From contig NC_058134.1 of NCBI RefSeq assembly GCF_016433145.1, positions 217,837,979 through 217,901,978 of the forward strand: a stretch of 64,000 bases of DNA, read 5' to 3'. The notes under the pieces were generated by a model, which was not told the DNA's origin, did not search any database, and saw only the letters and a program-made list of their open reading frames with translations. The number at the start of each line of letters is the position of its first letter. The first letter of the stretch is position 1. This document shows, one piece after another, positions 1 to 14,071 of the stretch. This DNA comes from Gracilinanus agilis. Taxonomy: Eukaryota. The position numbers and the translations under genes are program-made.

Positions 1-87
1 CAGCTGCCCCTACTTTAGGTTGCAGTTTCTTTAGCAGATGTAGTTTTTACAGGGTGGGGTTGCTAGCCCCATGCCCAACCCTCCTCC

Positions 88-260
88 TTTTTTCATCTGG
101 GCTAGGGACCGTCCTTGGCCCAGGAGTGGTAAGGGTGGGCGATAGGGGTCAAGTGACTTACCCAAGGTCACACAGCTGGAAGTGTCCGAGGCCGGACTTG
201 AACCTAGGACCTCCAGTCTCTAGGCCTGACTCTCACTCCACTGAGCTACCCAGCTGCCCC
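88..260 (-). mobile_element. SINE1_Mdo-like tRNA-derived CORE-SINE
   Basis: Reverse complement of ggggcagctgggtagctcagtgg...aggtcctaggttcaa...gtgaccttgggtaagtcacttgacc. Confidence 0.85.
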
Positions 261-261
261 T

Positions 262-720
262 GGTGTATAAATATATTTATAGGTAATATATTTGCCTTAT
301 ATATTTCTATACTGTAAATTATACTTATAGATAATATATTTGTGTATATATTTCTATATTTCTATAATATAAATATAGATAATATATGTTTATACCATGT
401 TATATATGGACATATTTGTGTAATATTTATACATATTTGCATACTATATTTCTATTATATAAATGATATTTATAGGTAATATATTTGCCTTATATATTTC
501 TATAATGTAAATTATACTTATAGAGAATATATTTGTATACTATAAATTCTACATATAGCCATGTTTGTGTAATATATTTCTATAATATAAATTATACTTA
601 TAGTTAACATATTTGTATAATATATTTATGGAAAGATGTATATGAATATCTTATATATAATGTATATTATATCCAAATATATGATATCTCTCTATTTTTA
701 TTCATATATGAATATAATTC
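262..720. repeat. AT-rich degenerate tandem repeat
   Basis: TA-rich; a block of about 70 bp (tatttataggtaatatatttgccttatatatttctata..gtaaattatacttatag) recurs near 273 and 466. Confidence 0.85.
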
Positions 721-2213
721 CCTCTGTTTTGAGAGCATGGGTCGAGGGTTCTGGACAAGATCCACACAGTGTAAGAACAGAGACACTGACTATAACCAGT
801 CTTGTCAGGCAGCATCCATATTATAGATGAAGTCTGGGGCACCCCAAATGACCAAATAGTGATGTTATGAGAGCTCTCATTGATGGAGTGTTTTAAGGCT
901 GCATATTTTCGGTCATATTTGGATTCTCATTTCAGGCTTGTGATGTGGGTAGAGGAAGGGGCTCATCTGAGATTTCACTGGTATAGAGAAATGCATGAGG
1001 AAGCTTTTGCTAGTGAAGGTTGGCACCCGTTCGGCATCTTACAACCTCACAGAGTTGCCTAGAGCGCTGGAAAGAAATGATCTGTCCAGGATCTCATGGC
1101 CAATAGGGGCACAGACAGAACGGGAAGTCAGGTCTTCTGACTTTCTAGTCAGGACCCTATCATGGGGATTATCATTCCCATTTTGCAGGTGAGAAAGTCG
1201 AGCCAGGAGAAGTGATATGACTGGTCCAAGGTCCCTTTGAACTCTAGACTATCTGAGGCTTGGCTGGAGGTGAACAAGGACTAACTATGATCTGTACTTC
1301 AAGATGAGGAAGGGCAATTAAGCACATTCATCCTTTCAGGGCCCTTCTGTAGATCTAACTGCTTGTGTGAATGGAGATCTGTCATTCGTTTACTCAAATC
1401 AGATCCTATGCCTTGATTATCATGGTTACTTCCTGGATATGTATTCTGTTTGCTGGTTGATGACAGGGGCAGTTAGATAATAAGTGAAAGAGAGGCTTCA
1501 TGATACAGTGGAAAATCCCACAGTGTTGGGGTTGAAGGACCTGAATCTGAATTCTGATTTACTAGCAGATCACCACTCCCTCTCTGGCTGTTCAGCTTCC
1601 TCACCTGTATAATGAGGTGGGGGTGAAGGGGAAGGAATCCTAGAGAGTCAACAGCATGAACACTGACTTTGGAATCAGAAGACCTGGGTTCAAATCCTAC
1701 CTTTGCCATCCACTACTTATATGACCTTGGACATGTCACTTAATTCAGTTTCTTCATCTGTAAAATGAGAAAGTTGAATTAAATAACATCTAAGGTCTTT
1801 TCCAGCTTGAAATTTATAATAAGTGATTCCCCCTGTATAGGTCTCAGTTTCCCCATTTGTAAAATAGGGGAGAAGTTGAATTAGATGATCTTTAAAGTCC
1901 CTTCTAGCCCCAAAGCTATTATTAAATGATGATAGATCACTAGAGAGGTGACTGTCTCTTGCTGTTCTCCTTCTCTTCTTCTTTGACCTTATCTTCTGTC
2001 TTAGAATCAATACTAGAATCACACAGTTAGGAAGTCTCTAAGGCCGGATTTGAACCCAGGACTTCCCATCTCCAGGCCTGCCTCTCTCACTGGTCTGAGT
2101 TGACCTCTTCTTGGTGCCATATCTAGTCTAGGATGTTCATTTCTGGGCACTATATTATAGGGCACGAATGAGCTGTGGCCGCAGGAAGATAGAATTTCAG
2201 GGCTTGAGATTAC

Positions 2214-2216
<3 letters not shown>

Positions 2217-2262
<46 letters not shown>
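2217..2262. repeat. (GT)23 microsatellite
   Basis: Direct reading. Confidence 0.98.
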
Positions 2263-2263
<1 letters not shown>

Positions 2264-3259
2264 GAAGAACCAAGGATTTCTTCTCTAGAGAAGGACAACC
2301 TTAGGGAGGGAGGCAGCATCACTTGATGCCTCTCAAGTCTCTGAAGGACTCTCTGTCCTATGGAAAAGGAATCAGCCTTGTTGAGTTTGGTCCCTGAAGT
2401 AGAACAGTTTGAGAGTGTCTGACTTAGAAATGATGGAAGAACAATTTAGTGGAATGAGCTTAGTGGAATGGGCTCTTCAGGAGATGGTGGGGTCCCTCTT
2501 ACTGGGAATCTTCCATTAGTGGGCTGAACAGCCACCCGTCGGCATTTTGGAGCAGGTTTCCTGTTCTGGTAAGGATTGTCCTCGCCCTCCCATGAGGGCC
2601 CTTCCAGCCTTGAGCTGCTGAGAGGGACATATTCCTTGTTCAATTAGAGCCCATTATCTCTACTGTACAACCCTTAATGACTGCAACAAGCCGAGGAGAG
2701 CCGAAGGGGATCAGACGAACAAACAATTAGAGATGACCTTGAATGCCTAACCAGGAATCAAAGAGCTGAGTTACGAAGAGAGTCAAGGATGCTGGAATAA
2801 TCAAATTGTCCATCCAACCTCCTCATTTCATGAGTGAGAATTGTTGGATCATAGATCTGCAGCTGAAAGGGACCTCAGAGGTCATTGAGTCCGATTGCCT
2901 TCATTTTATGTCTGGAGAGTTAGTAGAGGCAAATTACCCAGAACCAGGAAGAAGGCAGGCAGGTCTCTTAACAGCTTGATCTCATTGTCAGAGCATATCC
3001 AGAGAGCTGTGCTCAGTCTCACTGGGCCTCAGTATCCATTTTAGGCATCCGGATTGGCATGGTTGACAGATGGATGATCTGAGTTAGAATCCTATCTGTA
3101 TGACCTTGGGCAATTAAATTTCTTTCAGCCTCAGTTGCCATATCTGTAAAATAAAGAAAATGGTAGTATCCATCTCCTAGGGTTGTGGGGAGAATCAAAA
3201 ATGTGTAAAGTGATTTGCAAACCTTAGAATGTTATATAGATGCTAGAAATGATAATACT

Positions 3260-3480
3260 GGCAAATTTCAAGTATTTGAAGAGTTATTCCTGGAAGAGAG
3301 ATTAGACTGCTTCTGCTTGGCCCTAGAGGACAGGATTAAATGCTCCAGAGAGAGGATGAAAAACAAATTTTGGCTTGGTGTCAGGAAATAATGTTCTAAC
3401 AACTGTGACCCTGCAAGAATGAATTGGGCTGCTGCAGGGTGGTGGGGGATGCTCTGTCACCAAAGGCCATCACTCGAAGG
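3260..3480 (+). mobile_element. L3/CR1-type LINE 3' relic (example; similar relics near 7850, 8450, 9400-9620, 36700, 40170)
   Basis: ttcaagtatttgaag...gattagactgcttctgcttggccctagagg...ggcttggtgtcaggaa matches the CR1/L3 3' end as recalled. Confidence 0.7.
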
Positions 3481-4264
3481 CTCTTCTGAGCTGGACAAAG
3501 GAGGAGATTCTTCTTCAGCTATATGTGTTAGATCAGAGGATTTGATAAACCTTTCAGTTCTAAGAATGAGAGGACCTGGGTTCAAATTCTGCCTGTGAGG
3601 GTAACTTTATGACCTTGGACAAATCACTTCATCTCAATGGGACTCAGTTGCCTCACTTGTAAAATGAGGGGGTTGGACTAGGTGGCTTCTGAGACCCTGT
3701 TTTAGAACTAAGATGTTATGATCCTATGATATCAGGGCCTTGGTTTCCCCATCTCTAAAACGAGAGGATTGGATTAGATAACCTCTAAGGTCCCTCTCAG
3801 GTCTAGCTCAAGGATTTTATAAATCTATGATTCTATGAAGTGAATCTAGCAAGAAGACTTTGCTCTGCTAAGGTCTCTGGGCTGTGGTCTACATTAGAGC
3901 TAGAGTTAGAGCCTGAAGGTTCTCTCTTAATGTGTAGCTGTTGAGAGTAAAGATGGCAAAAAATCTGTCATTCAGGCTCATCTAGAAAGTCAAAATAGTT
4001 CCTTTGCTATTACCCTGAAGATGGGGGCTCTCAGTTTATATTCTTTAAAGGTTTTAGCTGAGGTGGCCTCTAGATGAGCAGTGACTGCAGGAAGGCTCAG
4101 AAATCATGGAGTTGGTCTTGGAGTCAGGGAGTAGAGGAGGTGGAATCTGAATCATGGGTCAGAACAGATCCTGAAAAACCTTCTGGGTACCACTTCTGTA
4201 ATGGCACTAGATGGCAGCCCCACCTTCTCTGTTCTGTCTGTCCCTGTAGAGGGGGAGGGATGGA

Positions 4265-4520
4265 TGGAGAAAGAGAGATAGAGAGACAGAGACAGAGACA
4301 GAGAGAGACACAGAGAGAGAAACAGAGAAAGAGCAACAGAGACAGTGACAGAGATAGGGAGAAAGTAAGGAATTGAGATGGATACAGAGGCAGGGATGGA
4401 GGCAGAGAAAGAACAAAAGACATCTTGGGAGAGTAAGAGACAGAGGAAGAAAATAAGGTGACGTGAGGCAGAGGAAGTGAGAGACAAAGAATGGGGCAGA
4501 CAGATTAACAGAGAGAAAAC
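4265..4520. repeat. GA/GACA-rich low-complexity tract
   Basis: gagacagagacagag repeats. Confidence 0.9.
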
Positions 4521-7500
4521 ACAAAGGAGAATAGGAGAGTCATCAAGTTTGGGACTCACTTGGGTGTTGGTTCAAAAAATAGAGAGGAAGAGTAGGGGAA
4601 GGAAGGACCTCAGTCTTCTTCAGTCAGTTCCTGATGATTGAGGGCGGGTCAGAGAAGCCCTCTGGAATAGTAGCCAGCATCTCAGCATCTCCAGTCTCAC
4701 CAAGCCAATGTAGCCCAGACTTTCTCATGGTACTTGCCCACTCCCTCCTGGCTCCTCTTCCTCTCACCTTTACTTAGTCACTTCCAGAGTCCCTTATCTC
4801 TGAAGACTCAGCAAAATGATCCTTCCCATTCCTGGACTTTCCCAGGGCCTCTGACCAATACTGAAGTCTTAGAATGAAGGAAACCCTTACCCAACACTCA
4901 GGCCTATATTTCTCAAACAAGCCTAATAATAATCACTTACATTTCTAAAAATAACCCAGAGGAAGATGGCTAGAGTTCCTACTGTCATCTAATTTGGAGT
5001 CAAGAGAACTTCAGCTTTAATCCTTTCTCTGCTGTCACTTGTGTGACCCTTGACCAAGTCACTTCCTCTTCTTTGGCTCAGTTTCCCTATCTGTAAAATG
5101 TAGGTTTTGCACTCAAAAGCTTCTGAGGTCACTTTTAGCTCAAGAACTGTGATCCTATGGTTTTGTGAACTGGGCTCATTTCAATGGTACAAGAAGGTTT
5201 ACAGTACACCTTTTCTCTACAAATCCAGAGAGTTACAGAGTATCAGCATTATTCTCCAAATCCAAGACAATCCAAGTTAATATAATGAGCATTTATCAAT
5301 CTTCTCTTATGTGACACCCACACAAATACAGATCCTGCCTCTAAAGAGCTTACATTCTACTGGGGAAAAGTCAACATGTAAACAGGTCAACACTGACCTG
5401 ATAATATGAGGAGGAAGAGAAACTATTGTCTCATTCCTGTGGGCATTGGCCACATTTTTTATTTTAACCATGGATAAGTGTTTCCATGGTTTCTGTCTAA
5501 CTATATGCCCACACAGCCCTGCTATCTTGTGAATGCCTTTTACTCTCTCCAGGAATCAATTGTAATTCTAGGATTTCATTTTGTGGTTTCATTGAAAGTA
5601 GTGTTGAAGGGAGAGTCTGAAGCCTGGGAGTTCAATCCTGTCTCTGCTGATTTTAGACCTTTGACAAGTTACTTTACTTATCTAGTCCTCAGTTTCCTCA
5701 TCTGAAAAATAAGAAGATTGAGTTAGATGACTTCTGAGATCCTTTCTAGCCCTACAGTAAGAATCTTAGGGCTTCTTGGGTCTCAGTTGCCCCCATTTAT
5801 AAAGTTGGGGGGGGTTTAGTTGATGGCCTTCAACACCCCTTTTAGCCCTAGATCTATGACCCCATGAGCCTATGAAAAGAGACTTTTATAGGCTTCCTAT
5901 TCAGAGATTATTTAGTTCACTTCTTCATTTTATAGAGTAGGAAACTGAGGCACAGAAGTAGAGGTTAAATGATTTTCCTGAGATCACTCAACTAAATGGC
6001 AATAACAGGATGTGAGTTCAAGTGCTGTGACTCCAGAGTTAATGTTATTTCCTCAATATTATTGGGGGGGAAATTATATTATGTTATATATTGCCTGTGA
6101 CCTACCTTGGGACAGAAGGCATTTTCTAGTCAGTCTGTCAATGATTCAATATTTATTGCATGCTGTATACAGAGCATTCATTCATTCATTCAGTAGATAT
6201 TTATTATGCCCAGTGTTCACACTGAGGGGGAAAATTCTTAAACTTAGGTAATAAATAATTCCTGTCTTCATGGAGCTTATAGTCTAGTAGAGGTCTATAA
6301 CACAATCAGGCAAGAATCTCTGACTTCATCACTATGGCAATGTCTTTCGCCAAGGCAGAGAGGTCGAGTAATGAATTTGCCCAGAATCAGTTTGTAAGTA
6401 GCAAAGGTGGAATCTGAACCCAAATTTTCCTGATCCCACATGAAATACTTTATTCATTAAAACACAAACATAGATATTGAAAATCCAAGTTAATGTATGG
6501 TAAGGGAATTAATGAGGAGACAGAAAGATAGTGAGAGGTAGAGCAAGACATTGAAAGATAGAAACAAAGAGAGATAAAGATAGACACATGGATGTATGGA
6601 CAGACAGTGAAAGAGAGAGAAATACAGGAAGAGAGACAGAGAACCCTTTGACTGGCCATGGAGGAAAAACTGGAAAAGAAGGTAGCCCCAGATAGTAAAA
6701 GGTCTTGAATGTCAAGCACTGTGCTAGATGCTGTGGCAGGGACAAAGATGGTAAGACCCCACCCTTGCCCACAAGAAGCTTATACTCTAGTTGGGAAGGT
6801 AAGCTCTACATACAAAAGGATTACCACTATAGCAGGCCATCTATCCTAAGGGGTTATAGAGTAGGAGCTGATAAGGACCTTTAAAGGCCATCTGGTCCCA
6901 TCCTCCCATTATACAAGCCCAAAGAGGCCCAAAGAGATGAAATGGCTTTGCCTAAGGTCACACAAGCAGAACTCGGAGGGGAACTTGGGTCTTCTAACTC
7001 AAGAATTAATTTTTTTTCCATTGCTCTGTGGTGGACCTCAGTTTGCTCATCTAGTAAACAAAGGGGTTGGAATAGACACTTTCCAGGGGCTCCATCAATT
7101 CTGATTCCTTTGATCTTATGGAAAGTAAGGAAGGCACCGTAGAAACCATTATTCTTCATCTACCTACAGTGCCTTGCAGTAGGGACTTACTAAAGGTGAA
7201 TTTAAATGAATTTTATGGTCTTATACTGCTTTGCAGTCAGGTTCCTCCAGAGGCCAGCATGAAAGAGCATTAGAGTGGGGGGAATGCTGGGTCTGGAGTC
7301 AGAGTGCAAGTCCAAGCTCTTCCATTTACTACTTGTGTGACCTTAGGCAAGTCACCTCCCTTTCTGGGCCTCATGTTCCTCATTTCAATTAAAAGGGCTG
7401 GGTGAGATGATCTAGAGGGTCCCTTCCATCTCTAAGTTTGTGGTTCTAGGTAGAATGTAGAAAGGTGGGGACAGGGCTTAACAAAGTTTGCCTGGCCATT

Positions 7501-7930
7501 CTTTTCCAGTCCTGGGGCCTTTACTAATCTGCATAGTTGAGAAATCCCAAGGGGCTTAGGTTGTTGTGGGGAAAGTACTTGGCAGTCTTGAAAGCAGCAG
7601 AGAAATATGAATTATTAATATTTGTTTAACACCGAAATCTCCTTTTTGGGAGGCATAGCAGGGGCTATCTTAGTACTACTGCTAAGGGGCTCATTTTAAG
7701 ATCTAAATGCAGAGAAATTGGAGTGAAGGAAGCCCAAGTCACACTGTCCTCTGCACTGGTTTGGCTTTATCTGCAAGATCATATTCATTGCTGGATGAAT
7801 AAAGCCATTGATAGGCGAGTCCCTAAAAGAAGGAACAGCTATGGGGAAGGATGCCATGACGTGTGAGGATGGATTGAAGGAGCTTGGGGATATTTAGCCT
7901 GGAGAACAAAAAACTTAGAGTAGATAAGGT

Positions 7931-8168
7931 TAGCGGTTAGGTAGTGCAGTGAATAGAGCACCTGGCCTGGAGTTGCAAAGACTCATCTTTCTGAGTTTAA
8001 ATCCAGCCTCAGACCCTCTCTGTGACCCCGGATAAGTCACTTAAATCTGTTTGCCTTAGTTTCCTCATCTGAAAAATGAGTTTGAGAAGGAAATGGCAAA
8101 CCACTCCAGGGTCTTTGCTCAGAAAACCCCAAATGAGGTCACACAGAATTGGGCATGACTAAAATGAT
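7931..8168 (+). mobile_element. MAR1-like SINE (CORE plus RTE-derived tail)
   Basis: Tail gagaaggaaatggcaaaccactccag...aaaaccccaaatg. Confidence 0.8.
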
Positions 8169-8560
8169 GGCGTAGTGTCAGTCGGGTCCTAAACATTTAT
8201 TAAGGAATGACTATGTGCTAGGCACTTGCTAAGCACTGGAAAAGACCACTTTTAGTAGAAACATCGCTGAACCTGGAGAGCTTAGAGCTAAATTCAAATC
8301 CTAGTTTTGCCATTGACTATATGACCTTGAAGAAATCATGCAGTCTCTCTGTGCCTCAGTTTCCTGATCTGTAAAATGAGTAAGGTTATACTGGATGGCC
8401 TCTACAACTCCATCCAGTTCCAAAATGATGGCCTGGTTCATAAACATGGGTTAGACTTGTTCTAATTGTCCCCAGAGGGCAGAACTACAGCCAATGGGGG
8501 AAAGTCACAGAGAAAATTTTTGATTATCGATGTAAGGAAACATTTCCTAATAACTAGAAG

Positions 8561-8773
8561 CAGGGAATGCTGGTAAATGCTTAGCAACCAGCTATCTGGT
8601 ATATATGCAGGGCACACTTATAAATTTAATCTGCATGATTAATATTTTCCTCCATCATTTTCTTGTTTAGACAATTAACAAAACAATAAATCAAACCCTA
8701 AGTCAACATTCCCACTGAAAATTTTAACAACCAACTCTCTGGAGCCAATACAACAGAGTCTAACACACCCCTG
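8561..8773. mobile_element. Old hAT-Tip100 (Arthur1-like) internally deleted element nested in an L3-like relic
   Basis: Ends resemble CAGTGGTGTGCTGGTAAATG...CAGCACACCACTG; internal acaattaacaaaacaataaatcaa shared with the 18257-18503 copy. Confidence 0.6.
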
Positions 8774-10741
8774 AACTACCCAAAGTTGGAAAATGTAGAA
8801 CAGAGATTGGATGAACACTTGGCAAAAATACTGGGAAAAGGATTCTTGGCCAGATAAGACCAGGGTGGATTTGACAGTCTCTGAGGTTCCCTTTAATTCT
8901 GAGACTTCTTGATTCTGTGATATATAATCCAGAGAAGAGAAAATGCATCATGGGTATGATTTTTTAGGTTTAAATATTTTAGGATACCAACACAAAAAGC
9001 TATAATCTACAACATTACGGATTCTAGATCCAGAGCTGGAAGGAATCTTAGAGGCCATTTACGCCAACACTGAAGAGCGATAGAAGGTCTGGGGGACAAG
9101 ATCATTATTGGCAGAGGAGATCAGGGAAGGTTGCCTGTCGGAGGGGCATTTTATTGGGCTTAAGAGGAAGGGGGCAGTTAGGAACATCTGCCTTGAACAT
9201 ATCCTGGTTGGGCAAATCTGAACAAGTCACTACATGAATCTTGTAACTTCCCAGCACTCTTCATGACTATACAGAATAGAGAAGGTGCCATTCCCCGTAG
9301 GTAGAGGGAGCTGCTTATGCCAGTGTAATCTGAGACTCAGGAGGGAACTCGGAGGGCATCAGCCCAATCTGTAACTAAACAAGAATCTTCAACCAGAGTT
9401 CTTTTAGGCTGTCTGGTAGACCTCCAGTGAACCAGAGCCCACTGCCTCTTGGGGCAGCTCCTTCTATTGTGGGACAGCTGGGATTGTTAGGAAGTCTTTC
9501 ATTACAGTGAGCTGAAATCTGGCTTCCTGTAACTTCTTGCCCTCTGGGGCCAACTTGAACAAGTCTAATCTATCTTCCCGGTGACTGCCTTTAAATATTT
9601 AAAGACATCGATTTGTCTCCAGGTTAAGCATCAAAGAATGTAAGTATAGCAAGGAAGCTGGAGGTCAGCTCCCAAATGAACAGACATTTCTTCTACAATA
9701 CCTCTGACAAGTGGCCGGGTGACCTTTTTTTAAAGACTTACAGGAAAAGGGAGCTCACTGTCTCCCAAGGCAATCAATTCTTTTTGGATTGGCTCTAATT
9801 GTGAGGCAGCTTTTCCCTCCGTGACCAGGAATCTGCCACTCTGCCCCATCCATCCATGGATACTCTATTTGCCTTCCTTTCTTCTGCCACCCTCATGTGT
9901 CAGTCTTTCACCACCCTGATGATCTTTGTCCTAGTTTGCTTCAGCTTGTCAGTGAGGCTCCCCATATATGGCACCCCAAACTGGAGACAGTGCTCCTGAT
10001 TGGGACCGATCATGGTTGAGGAACCAGGAGTATGGTTTCTCTTCTCTGAATGAAGCCTAATATCAAGTTAACTTTGGGGACTTGTCTGACATCATGCTTT
10101 TTTCCAGGGAATGGGGAAACTCTGCACAGTAACTTTGTCTCTTGAGGGGATAGGTAAGGTTCAAGAGGTTATTTGAAGGGAAAAGAGGGACAAGATCCTT
10201 ACTAGCCAAGGAGATCAAATAGCAAGACCCTTTCTGACCAAGGAAATCAAGGAAAGCTTCCCAGAGGATGTACCATTTTAGTTGGGCTTCAGTGGATGGA
10301 TAAAGTTGAAAGACTTGGAATCAGATAGGGCTGCCTCCAACAGGAGTTCCTCAGCCTTCCCCCAAATTGGGCTAAGTAGGATCATAAATTTAGAAATAGA
10401 GAGGATCTTAGAGGCCATCAAGGCCAACCTCCTCATTTTGCAGAGAAGAAAACTGAGGCACAGACAGGTAGGTTAAATGACTTGCCCAGGGTCATACAGC
10501 TAGTACGTTTCTGAGGTGGGATTTGAACTCAGATCTACCTGACTCCAAGGCCAAAGTCATGATCACTGTACCATGTTGCCTCTTGAATGCTGATGGAAGA
10601 CATTCCAGGTCATGTATGCCTCAGCCCCCAGGCCTCACTGACCTTGCTCAGTGATATCACAAAGTTTTATAGCCTCCCTGTGCCTCAGCATTCCTATATC
10701 TGATGATCAGAGCAATGGACCCTGCCTGCCTGGGTCTAGAG

Positions 10742-10932
10742 CAGTGATTCCCAAAGTGGGAGCCACCGCCCCCTGGTGGGTGCTGCAGTGATCCAGGAGG
10801 CGGTGATGGCCACAGATGCATTTGGGAGTGGTGAATAACTGTACGGGGGTGGTGATAGTATGTGACAGGGGGCACTAAGTAATATTTTTTCTGGAAAGGG
10901 GGCCATAGGCCAAAAAAGTTTGGGAACCACTG
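10742..10932 (+). mobile_element. hAT (Charlie/Buster-type) MITE family A, copy 1, 191 bp
   Basis: TIRs CAGTGATTCCCAAA / TTTGGGAACCACTG; 8-bp flanks gtctagag / ttctagaa fit the NTCTAGAN target. Confidence 0.9.
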
Positions 10933-11634
10933 TTCTAGAATGAATAGGAGAGGGAGAATGCACCTCTCCATTTTGACCAAGCCAGGAAACAACATGAGGT
11001 AGCACAAATTATGATGGGTTTAGAGTAAAGTGTTAGAGGTTTAAATTTCAGCTCTGCTACTTAAGGTCATAGTTCTAAAGCTAGAAAAGCCCTTCAAGGT
11101 CACTGAGTTCAACATCTTCATTTTACATGGGAGGAAACTTAGTCCCAAAAAATGATCATAGATTTAGAGTTGAAAGGGATAGATAACTCAGAGGCTATCT
11201 AGTCCAACTCCTTCATTTTATAAATGGGGAATCTGAGACCCAGAGAAGTTAGGTATACAGAGACAAAAAGCCCTTAGAAGCCAGCTAGTCCAACACTCTT
11301 ATTTTATAATTGGAAACTGAGGTACAAGGAGACATCACTTACCTGTGGTCATGTAGAATCAAGTTTTTAACCCAGGTTTCTTTACTCTAGAGCTGCTGTT
11401 CTTTCCATTGTGCTACATTAACTTCCCCTTGCTGAGTGACCTCAGCTAAGTCAGTTCCCCTCTATGGTTCTTGATTTATTCCCCTATGAAATGAGGGAGT
11501 TAATCTACTTCAGTTCTTGATCTTTCAATCTACCCTTCCCTGGGATTCAACCTTTCTCTTCAACATTGGTGTTTTCAATGATCAATAGCCATTTGATACA
11601 TATTTCTTCATTTCCTCTTCCTCTTGAATTTCAG

Positions 11635-11752
11635 GTTTGATAACTATTCAGCCAATGTGATGGTTGACAGCAAACCAGTGAACCTGGGACTGTGGGATAC
11701 AGCTGGGCAGGAGGACTATGACCGTCTTCGACCTCTTTCTTATCCCCAAACA
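11635..11752 (+). CDS. RAC2: RAC2 coding exon 3 ([39 protein letters not shown]), Rho-family GTPase
   Basis: Translation matches Rac switch I/II region with RAC2-specific DSKPV (RAC1 has DGKPV); tttcag acceptor ends 11634, gtaagt donor at 11753; 118 nt, the canonical Rac exon size. Confidence 0.98.
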
Positions 11753-12244
11753 GTAAGTTTTACCTTCTGTGGTACCCTGCCTACCCACTCTAGATCCTGC
11801 TTCCTGTCTTGTTTCCCTCACTCTTGCTCAGCATTGGAATGGGAGGGATGAATCAGCAGCAAGTGGTCTCTTCTTTCTTCCCTTCTCTCATGAGTGATTG
11901 ATAGGACTACCTTCAAAATGAATCCCTCAGCCTTTTCACAAAGGGCTAAATAGTTTAGGGGGTGCTAAAGGGAAATTTGAGGAGCTTGGTCCTTGATGTA
12001 GAAATTACTGACTCCCATCGAGCCACAAGAGATCCCCTGGTGCATGGCATGGAAGTTTTCTTCTGGGGTGAGGAGACATGAAATCTGGTAGCATCAACCT
12101 GGCTTTCTACCTTGAAATTCCTCAGACTATCAGGTTTTTCTGGTTTTTAGAAGGATATGGCTGATAATATATGAAATGGTATAGTCTCAGAAGATTAAAT
12201 TATTATTTGATTTTCAGAGCCCTTCTTCCCTTCCAAGATATGAA

Positions 12245-13130
12245 ATGAATGAAAGAGTGGATGAAAAGTTAAATTGGATGCTGAGTAAAGATTATTAATA
12301 GATAAAAGGAAAGTTGGTGGATGGATGGTGGGTGAAGGATGAATAGTGAATGATGACAGATAAGTGGAGGATGGATGAATGGTGGCTGATGGGTAAATGG
12401 TGAATGATAGGTAAGGAAAATAGGTGGTTGGATGGTGAGTGACTGGTAAAGGTCCAATGGTAAATAGTTACTTATATGTGAAGGGGTAGTTGATGGAAGA
12501 ATAGTGGGTGATAGGTGAAGGAAAATTGGTGAATGAATGGTGGATGATGGATGAATGATGAATGATGGATGGTGGATGATGGATGAGTGATGAATGGTAA
12601 ATGGTGGCTGATAGGTGAAGAATGGATGGTAGGAGAATTGTAGGTGATGAGTAGGTGGGTGGAGGTTGATATGTGAAAAGTCTGTGGATATGTATGATAT
12701 ATGGATAGGTGAAGGGAAGACTGATGAATCCACGATAGGTGATGGATGAAGGGTAGAGGCTAAGCGAATGGTAGTTGATGAGTGAAGGAAGATTTGGGTA
12801 TAGATGATGGATAATAAGTGAAGGGAAGAAGAGAATGAATGTAGATGATAGGAAGACTGGGTGAGTGGTGAAGGACAGTTGATGGGTGGGTGGTGGATAA
12901 GGGATGAATGGTATATGACGGGTAAATGGAAACTGATGGGTGAGGAGTGAACAGTCAGTGCTAGGTGGATAGGTGAAAGATAGTTGGTGGATGAATGGTG
13001 AATCATGACTGATGTGTGGCTTATGGGTGATAGATGAAGGCAGGATAGTAGATAATGGGTGAAGGATAGATGATGGATGAGTGGTAGATGATGGGTCATA
13101 GGTGAAAGGTAGATAGAGGACGAATGATCG
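12245..13130. repeat. Degenerate (GGAT/GAT/GGT)n tract of about 0.9 kb in RAC2 intron 3
   Basis: Almost C-free on the + strand; gatggatgaatgg-like units throughout. Confidence 0.9.
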
Positions 13131-13742
13131 CATACTTTATATGCCAGACTATTCTATTGGCTGTTCATTGCCCACTTCTGGGCCTTTGAACAGGCTGCCC
13201 CCATACCTAGAGTACCCTTTCCTTCTTGACTTTACCAGTTGGAATCCAGATTCCTCATTTGTGCTCCTTTCTCCTGCTCTCTCCCAATATTTCATATTTA
13301 TGTGGTGTATATCTTCTATTTGCTTTTCTAGGAACAGTATGAATTTCCCTAATAGTGGAACCTCTTTAAGGGCAGGATTTTTTCCTCTTTGTATCCCCAA
13401 CACCTATCTATCATAGTGTTTGGCATCTAGTAGGTGCTTAATCAGATGGGTTGCTTTAAGATGAATAATGGATAGTAGGTGGTTTATAATGGGTAAGGAG
13501 TGGGTGGTGAGTAAATGGAAGGCATTAAGTGAAAGGTAAGTGATGGATATAGACCATTAGCCAGTCAAATTCCCACCTTTCTTCCTCAATATAGAATTAG
13601 ATGTCTTCAACCTCCACCTGAGTTGTGCAATTCATCCATGGGAGTCATGTGGTATATGGCTTGAGGGAATGAGAGGGGGATAGATTGCCTAGTTCTGGCT
13701 TCCAGTTTGCTGATTTTTACTTTCCCTCTCCTCTCTTTTCAG

Positions 13743-13805
13743 GATGTCTTCTTGATCTGTTTCTCCCTCGTGAGCCCAGCTTCCTATGAGAATGTTCGTG
13801 CAAAG
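13743..13805 (+). CDS. RAC2: RAC2 coding exon 4 (DVFLICFSLVSPASYENVRAK)
   Basis: 63 nt; pyrimidine tract plus cag before 13743, gtgagt donor at 13806; in frame with exon 3. Confidence 0.98.
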
Positions 13806-14071
13806 GTGAGTGATCCTCTGGTACACCCAGGTAAAGGGGAATGGCAGCTTTGGGACAATAGTGGCTCCCTTAGAAAACATTCCGTATGATCGGCTTCTCT
13901 TCACAAGGACAGCAAAAGATGGCTTGAAGAAGAGAGTTCCCCAAGGCTTTGAATGGTGGTAGTGGCTGTGGTGTGTGACCAATGGTGGTTGGTAGGGAGG
14001 GATATTTTGGTTCCATGCCCTACTGCCTCCCAACTTGTGACTCTCTCTCTGCTGGCCTCTTCTCTGCTCAG

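Noticed and set aside
4074-4559. ORFs over GA/CT/CA microsatellites (also 24.2-25.0, 29.3-29.9, 48.5-48.8, 51.7-52.2 kb)
   Set aside because: Repeat-derived LSLS/THTH/ERER translations.
1-11634. RAC2 exons 1-2
   Set aside because: No sequence encoding MQAIKCVVVGDG or [24 protein letters not shown] was found by eye; they are presumably upstream of the window.
12269-13133. 276-aa and 221-aa His/Pro/Ser-rich minus-strand ORFs
   Set aside because: Translation of a low-complexity GGAT-type repeat.
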